Origin: Oscillospiraceae bacterium
GTDB lineage: Bacteria > Bacillota > Clostridia > Oscillospirales > Ruminococcaceae
DNA length: 64,000 nucleotides
NCBI GenBank assembly: GCA_017468865.1
Contig: JAFUHM010000054.1
Location: 3,252 to 67,251, forward strand
Direction of reading: 5' to 3'
Shown here: positions 58,632 to 64,000 of the stretch, in pieces
Layout of the letters: every line of letters begins with the position of its first letter
Position numbering within the stretch: the stretch's first letter is position 1
Translations under genes and position numbers: made by a program
Notes under the pieces: generated by a model
Seen by the model: only the letters and a program-made list of their open reading frames with translations
Database searches by the model: none
Told to the model about the DNA's origin: nothing

Positions 58632-59516
58632 TCACTTATCGGCAGGCACGTCCGAATCAAATATGGCAAACGCCACCACATCAGGGCCCGCATTCGATGC
58701 GACCGCACCGCCCACACGGAAGGTGTGAGGCACGGGAGGATGCCCCGTCTTCTTTGTCAGCACCTTCGCCAGTTCGTCAGCGTACTTCATGTCGCTTCCG
58801 CCTATCACGGCATACTTCGCACCGGGGCGGATGTGTTCCATGCAGATGTCTGCGAGCTGCGGAACTACATTGGCATCGCCTCTTACCTTGCGGACGGTCT
58901 TCGTCCCCTTGCCGCTGAGGAGGATTATGGGACGAAATCCCAGAAGTTCCCCCGCAAAGGCGGTCGCTGCACTTATCCTGCCCGATTTCTTGCAGAATCT
59001 GAGGGTATAACAGGCAAGGTATACCTGCGCCCTTTCAAACCGTGAACGCAGCTTCTTCTCGATCTCCTCTGCGGACACGCCCTCCATAGCGGACTTTGCC
59101 GCCTCTATGACGGGATATCCGTAGGTAGCGGAGTAGGAAAGGGAGTCTATGACAACGATGTTCATCTGTCTGGCAAGGTCGGGACATTCGTCTGCGAACA
59201 TCTCCTTTGCACGGAGCGCATTGTTATAAGTGGATGAGCCGAATGAATTGATGGATACATATATGAGGTCGGTATACCCCTCTCTCGCATATTTTTTGTA
59301 CATATCCTCAAATTCAAATATGGTGATCTGCGAATGTACGGGAAGGGAATCGCAGTTCCTGATAAGCTCGTAGTATTCGTCGGGTGTCACGTCACGGTCA
59401 CGGAAACTCTTGTCCCCCACCGTGATGGGGAAGCACATGATGTGTATATTATATTTCTGCTCATCTTCACGGGAAATATCCGATGCGGAATCTGTCACTA
59501 TCTTTACCTTGGACAT
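58632..59516 (-). CDS. DegV family lipid-binding protein
   Basis: KIVTDSASD, IDSLSYS, LRFCKKSGRI, VASNAGP. Confidence 0.93.
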   Translation of the reverse strand: MSKVKIVTDSASDISREDEQKYNIHIMCFPITVGDKSFRDRDVTPDEYYELIRNCDSLPVHSQITIFEFEDMYKKYAREGYTDLIYVSINSFGSSTYNNALRAKEMFADECPDLARQMNIVVIDSLSYSATYGYPVIEAAKSAMEGVSAEEIEKKLRSRFERAQVYLACYTLRFCKKSGRISAATAFAGELLGFRPIILLSGKGTKTVRKVRGDANVVPQLADICMEHIRPGAKYAVIGGSDMKYADELAKVLTKKTGHPPVPHTFRVGGAVASNAGPDVVAFAIFDSDVPADK

Positions 59517-59590
59517 AGTATCTCCTTTCGATGCCGTCAGGCATTGTCCTCTTTATCCTTCCGAGCGTCATGCCGCAGGGCATGACTGTT

Positions 59591-60088
59591 TCAGGTCTCC
59601 CATGTGAATTTCGTCAGCTCGCCCCGCTCCGAGAGCCCGGGGTATCCCCACTGCCTGAGCACCTCATATGCGGCAATGGCAACGGAGTTTGACAGATTAA
59701 GGCTCCTGAGAGTCTCCCTCATGGGTATGCGTACACATTCATCAGGGTGGGAATACAGCAGTTGCTCCGGAAGACCTGCATCCTCACGCCCGAACACAAG
59801 GCATACGCCGTCGGGGTAGGATGTGTCCGAATGATTGCATCTTCCCTTCGTGGTGAAGAATACCTTCGGCATATCGGTCTTCATGAATTCATCAAGTCCG
59901 TCATAGTAGGTGATGTCCAGCTTATCCCAGTAGTCGAGCCCTGCACGCTTGAGCTTGCTGTCGCTAATCTGAAAGCCCATTGGCTTGACAAGATGGAGCC
60001 TTGCCCCCGTGACGGCGCAGGTGCGTGCGATGTTTCCCGTATTCTGGGGTATCTGCGGCTCCACAAGTGCGATGTTGAGTTCACTCAT
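59591..60088 (-). CDS. trmL: tRNA (cytidine(34)-2'-O)-methyltransferase
   Basis: EPQIPQNTGNIAR, RAGLDYW, FGREDAGLP, RSLNLSNSV. Confidence 0.95.
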   Translation of the reverse strand: MSELNIALVEPQIPQNTGNIARTCAVTGARLHLVKPMGFQISDSKLKRAGLDYWDKLDITYYDGLDEFMKTDMPKVFFTTKGRCNHSDTSYPDGVCLVFGREDAGLPEQLLYSHPDECVRIPMRETLRSLNLSNSVAIAAYEVLRQWGYPGLSERGELTKFTWET

Positions 60089-60933
60089 AGCAGTTCATAC
60101 CCTGATACGATATCATGCGTCAGATGAGAAAGGCATCTCTCAAGCATGATGCCCTCACGCACATCCGCATTATAGCTGAATGTCGTCATTATCGCAAGCT
60201 CAAGGAAATCCGAAGCCCTGCTCATGGCGATAGGCAGGGAATCCCCCGACAGAAGGGAACCCGTGAGCACCGATGCGAACACATCGCCCGTTCCGGGATA
60301 TGCCGCACTTATGGGTTTGTAGGCGACCTTCCAGTACTTGTTTGCATTCTTGTCATATCCCGCATTGTAAGCCTCATCGCCCGTATATACGCTGGTGATG
60401 ACCACGGTATCAGGGCCGAGGGCGGACAGCCTTGCCAGCATACTCTTCACATCGGCATGGGTCTTAGGAGTATATGAGGGATCCTCACCGAGAAGTATGG
60501 CAGCCTCCGTAAGGTTGGGCGTTATCACATCAGCCGCCGCCGCAAGATCCTTCATGCGGTGCCTGAGCTGGGGAGTGCAGGTCTTGTAGGGCTTGCCGTG
60601 GTCTGCCATCACCGGATCCACCACCTTGAGTGCATCTCCGTATGTGGACAGGAATTCCAGGCAGTGATCCACCTGTGCGGTTGATGCCAGAAATCCGCTG
60701 TATATGCAGTCAAATCTGATGCCAAGCCTCTTATAGTGTTCGAGTGCGGGAATGGTGTAATCCGTAAGATCACGCATCTCCACATCGCCGAATCCTCCCG
60801 TGTGCGTGGACAGTATCGCCGTAGGCACGGGACAAACCTCTATACCCATCACCGAGAGTGTGGGAAGTATCACAGTCAGCGAACATCTGCCCACTCCCGA
60901 CAGGTCATGTATCGCCGCAACTTTTTTTATCAT
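60085..60933 (-). CDS. pdxK: Pyridoxal/pyridoxamine kinase
   Basis: IHDLSGVGRCSL, VDPVMADHG, ITPNLTEA, GTGDVFAS. Confidence 0.88.
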   Translation of the reverse strand: MIKKVAAIHDLSGVGRCSLTVILPTLSVMGIEVCPVPTAILSTHTGGFGDVEMRDLTDYTIPALEHYKRLGIRFDCIYSGFLASTAQVDHCLEFLSTYGDALKVVDPVMADHGKPYKTCTPQLRHRMKDLAAAADVITPNLTEAAILLGEDPSYTPKTHADVKSMLARLSALGPDTVVITSVYTGDEAYNAGYDKNANKYWKVAYKPISAAYPGTGDVFASVLTGSLLSGDSLPIAMSRASDFLELAIMTTFSYNADVREGIMLERCLSHLTHDIVSGYELL

Positions 60934-60943
60934 AATTTCACCT

Positions 60944-61615
60944 TTACGCAGTTACTGCCGCCGCACAGACTACACGCACAGCTCCCATGCGCTTTAGTAT
61001 GTCCGCACAGGCGGAAAATGTTGCCCCCGTGGTAAGCACGTCATCCGCAAGAAGCACCGTCATGCCGCCAAGATCGGCATCCCTGCCGTGATACTGGAGC
61101 GCTGCCGCCATGCGTTCTTCCAGACCCAGATCATGCTGAGCCGTCTGCGGCTCGTCTCTGTACAGCAGATCAGTGCGAAGGGGGATATCCGTGTCCCTGA
61201 CAATCTCACGGGCGATGAGCTCCGCCTGATTGTATCCCCTTGCGGAAAGCCCGCTCCTGTGCATGGGGACGGGAACGGCTGCATCAATGGAATCAAGGAT
61301 GCCCCGTACTTTCAGCATATCACGCAGCACCCGTCCGAACACTGCCGCCGCAGAGACACCGTCCATGAATTTGAGCCTGATGACGGCAGCCTTCGCATTC
61401 CCCGTGTAATAGGCGGCGGCGACACATTCATCATATGTGACCTTGCCGCACCTGCATTCACGCATCACGGACTTTCCGCACACAGGGCATATGTTCTCAT
61501 CCGACCATGCGCAGGAGTCGAAGCAGCCGTCGCAGCACAGACGGTCATAGGGGATGAAGGCATCGCAGAAGGGACACCTGTTAGGCAGGAAGAGATCCGC
61601 CAGAAACATCTTCAT
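60944..61615 (-). CDS. comF: ComF family protein (zinc ribbon + PRTase)
   Basis: CPFC..CDGC, PVPMH..RGYNQAELIA, LLADDVLTTGAT. Confidence 0.9.
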   Translation of the reverse strand: MKMFLADLFLPNRCPFCDAFIPYDRLCCDGCFDSCAWSDENICPVCGKSVMRECRCGKVTYDECVAAAYYTGNAKAAVIRLKFMDGVSAAAVFGRVLRDMLKVRGILDSIDAAVPVPMHRSGLSARGYNQAELIAREIVRDTDIPLRTDLLYRDEPQTAQHDLGLEERMAAALQYHGRDADLGGMTVLLADDVLTTGATFSACADILKRMGAVRVVCAAAVTA

Positions 61616-61641
61616 GCCGCCCCCGTTTGACAGAGGGGGTC

Positions 61642-62697
61642 TCATTTTATATAGCTTTCAAGGGTATTTATCAGCAGATCGGTCTGTTCATCGGTACCCA
61701 CCGTTATCCTCAGATGATCGCTTATCCGCTCGGGGGAGCGGAAATACCGCACATATATGTCCTTTGATACCAGATACTTGTATATATCCTCCGCACGGTA
61801 CTTGTCGTGATGGGCGAATACGAAGTTCGTGCTGCTGTCGGGGAGCACGAATCCCATTTCACGCAGTTTCTGTGTGAGACGTGTCCGTGTGGCAATGACC
61901 TTCTCCACGGTCTGCTCAAAATATGCCTTATCCGCAAGGCTTGCGCATCCTGCCTTTATCGCCACGCTGTCAAGGGGGTAGGAATTATAGGAATCCTTTG
62001 CCGCACGCAGGGCGGATATGAGGGCATCGCCGCCCACGGCAAATCCTATGCGGCTGCCCGCCATGGAGCGTGACTTGGAGAATGTCCGTACCACGATGAG
62101 ATTCTCGTATTCCCCGAGCAGGGGAAGTGCGGTGTGTCCGCCGAAATCCACATATGCCTCATCCGATATGACCACGCTGTCGGGATTTTCCTCAAGTATC
62201 TGCCTCATGAAGTCAAGGTCACGTCCGATGCTTGTGGGGGCGTTCGGGTTTGCGATGACCACGCCGCCGTTTTCACGGGCGTAATCCGCCGCATTGATGT
62301 TGAAGTCCTCATCCACAGGGACAGTCTTAAAGGGGATGCCGTACATCCGACACCATACAGGATAGAATGAGTAGGTGATGTCGGGGAAGATAACGGGCTT
62401 GTCCGAATTGAAGAAGGCACGGAAGCACAGCGCCAGCACATCGTCCGAGCCGTTCCCCGTGAATATTCTGCTGCTGTCCGTCCCCAGATCATCGGCTATC
62501 GCCTTCATAAGGGGGACAGCGTCCGCACTCGGGTAACGCTTGAGGTCTTCTGCGTCAAAGTCTCTGATCGCCTTTGTCACAAGAGGGGAGGGGGGATAGG
62601 GATTTTCATTTGCGTTGAGTTTTACGAAGTCCTTTTTATCGGGCTGTTCCCCTGCCACATAGGGGGCTATTTTTATAAGATGATCTTTCCAGCTCAT
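61642..62697 (-). CDS. hisC: Histidinol-phosphate aminotransferase
   Basis: KLNANENPYPP, GNGSDD, NPNAPT, DEAY, RTFSKS, RITVG. Confidence 0.94.
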   Translation of the reverse strand: MSWKDHLIKIAPYVAGEQPDKKDFVKLNANENPYPPSPLVTKAIRDFDAEDLKRYPSADAVPLMKAIADDLGTDSSRIFTGNGSDDVLALCFRAFFNSDKPVIFPDITYSFYPVWCRMYGIPFKTVPVDEDFNINAADYARENGGVVIANPNAPTSIGRDLDFMRQILEENPDSVVISDEAYVDFGGHTALPLLGEYENLIVVRTFSKSRSMAGSRIGFAVGGDALISALRAAKDSYNSYPLDSVAIKAGCASLADKAYFEQTVEKVIATRTRLTQKLREMGFVLPDSSTNFVFAHHDKYRAEDIYKYLVSKDIYVRYFRSPERISDHLRITVGTDEQTDLLINTLESYIK

Positions 62698-63611
62698 TTT
62701 TCATCCGTCCTGTCTGAAATTATATATCTCGGCCTGCCCTTTATCTCGTCGTAGATGCGTGCCACATAGAAGCCGATCATGCCGAGGCTTATCATTATTA
62801 TGCTCGCAGAGAACAGCAGCAGTATATTAACGGTAGTGAAGCCGTCCGCCGCCTGCCCCATAAATTTCTGCACCAGTGAGATCGCACCGAACACCACGCT
62901 GACGGCCATCATGATAAGACCCAGTATGATTATCAGCTTCAGGGGTGCGGAGGAGAAGGAGCTTATGTTGTTCAGGGCGTATTTTATGAGGGATGCGGTA
63001 GACCACTTGCTTTCTCCCTCTGTCCGTTCCTGTACCCTGTACTTTACTTCTGTACGCCTGAACCCCACCCAGAAGGACAGCGCACGGAAGAACACGTTCT
63101 TTTCGGGCATCTTGTTGAGAGTGTCCACCACCTTGCGGTCCAGGAGCTTGAAGTCCGAGGAGGACGACATATCCACGCCCGTAGCGCCGCTTATCAGGCT
63201 GTAGAAGCGGTTCGCCGCAAATCTGTGGGCGGCGGATTCCTTTCCTCTGTCCTCCTTGATGCCCTCTATGACCTCATATCCCTGTTCCCAGAGACGGTAC
63301 ATCTCCACCAACTTTTCGGGAGGGTGCTGCAAGTCGCAGTCAAGCACCGCCGCACATTCTCCCCTCACGTCCGAGAGCCCTGCGAACATGGCAGCCTCTT
63401 TCCCGAAGTTTCGGGAGAAATGCAGTCCCCGCACCCCCTGTATACGGGAAGATGCGGACACGATCTCATCCCATGTGCCGTCCTTTGAGCCGTCATCCAC
63501 GAATATGATCTCGTATGCTATGTCTGCATCTGCGAGTATGCCGCTTATGGTGTCTGCCGCAGTGCCTATCATCTTTTCCTCGTTGTAGGCGGGGATAATC
63601 ACAGATAACAT
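62694..63611 (-). CDS. GT2 glycosyltransferase (GtrB/DPM-synthase-like)
   Basis: IPAYNEE, VDDGSKD, SRNFGKEAA, DCDLQHPP, two C-terminal TM helices. Confidence 0.92.
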   Translation of the reverse strand: MLSVIIPAYNEEKMIGTAADTISGILADADIAYEIIFVDDGSKDGTWDEIVSASSRIQGVRGLHFSRNFGKEAAMFAGLSDVRGECAAVLDCDLQHPPEKLVEMYRLWEQGYEVIEGIKEDRGKESAAHRFAANRFYSLISGATGVDMSSSSDFKLLDRKVVDTLNKMPEKNVFFRALSFWVGFRRTEVKYRVQERTEGESKWSTASLIKYALNNISSFSSAPLKLIIILGLIMMAVSVVFGAISLVQKFMGQAADGFTTVNILLLFSASIIMISLGMIGFYVARIYDEIKGRPRYIISDRTDEK

Positions 63612-63618
63612 ATCATCA

Positions 63619-64000
63619 TCACCCGATCATACCGTAGTTTCTCATGATGGCGTATGCCATGTATATCACATATGTCCCTGCCATGATGCCGCCCTGTATA
63701 CGACTGATCTTGCGCCCCGTGATGCAGCAGATGAAGACGAGGATGGTAGCACCCAGCAGGATGAAGCCGTCTATCATGGAATCGCTGATGGAAGCCGAAA
63801 GATCGATGGGGGAGATAAGTCCCGATACGCCCAGTATTCCTAAGATGTTGAACAGGTTGGAACCTACGACATTTCCCACTGCCATGTCGTTCTCGCCCTT
63901 CTTTGCCGCAGTAAGGGAAGTGACCAGTTCGGGAAGAGAAGTGCCCACAGCACAGATGGTAAGTCCTACCAGTGTCTCGCTCATGCCCGCCATAAGTGCG
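63619..64000 (-). CDS. Calcium/sodium antiporter (3' part, runs off the window)
   Basis: GLTICAVGTSLPEL alpha-repeat, GNVVGSNLFN. Confidence 0.9.
   Translation of the reverse strand, partial: ALMAGMSETLVGLTICAVGTSLPELVTSLTAAKKGENDMAVGNVVGSNLFNILGILGVSGLISPIDLSASISDSMIDGFILLGATILVFICCITGRKISRIQGGIMAGTYVIYMAYAIMRNYGMIG

Overview
64 kb of mostly core chromosome from a GC-rich (about 55% by eye) anaerobic Firmicute. Gene content and RBS/promoter style suggest a fibre-degrading Ruminococcus/Oscillospiraceae-like organism (inference). Housekeeping genes: uvrA (3' part), obgE, Mini-III, yebC, polA, murD, iorAB, trmL, pyridoxal kinase, comF, hisC, and a complete 9-gene V/A-type ATPase operon. Carbohydrate genes: two lipoprotein GH5 endoglucanases, a GH3 lipoprotein, and a 14-kb Gram-positive PUL-like locus (giant solute-binding protein, 4 permeases, NHL/TPR protein, YIP1, DUF5696-like protein, GH95). 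Three AT-rich accessory patches: an alpha/beta-hydrolase gene bracketed by an imperfect 12-bp inverted repeat, a decayed remnant resembling Wadjet jetD fused to a coiled-coil fragment, and a HigBA-like TA module. Other oddities: a 93-bp-period in-frame tandem insertion in an M42 peptidase, a PP2C-antisigma-kinase fusion with STAS, a 1-bp frameshift in the DUF711 gene, and single-codon deviations in normally invariant motifs (possible consensus errors). No rRNA, tRNA, CRISPR array, integrase or transposase was recognised. Family assignments come from motif recognition only; no searches were run.
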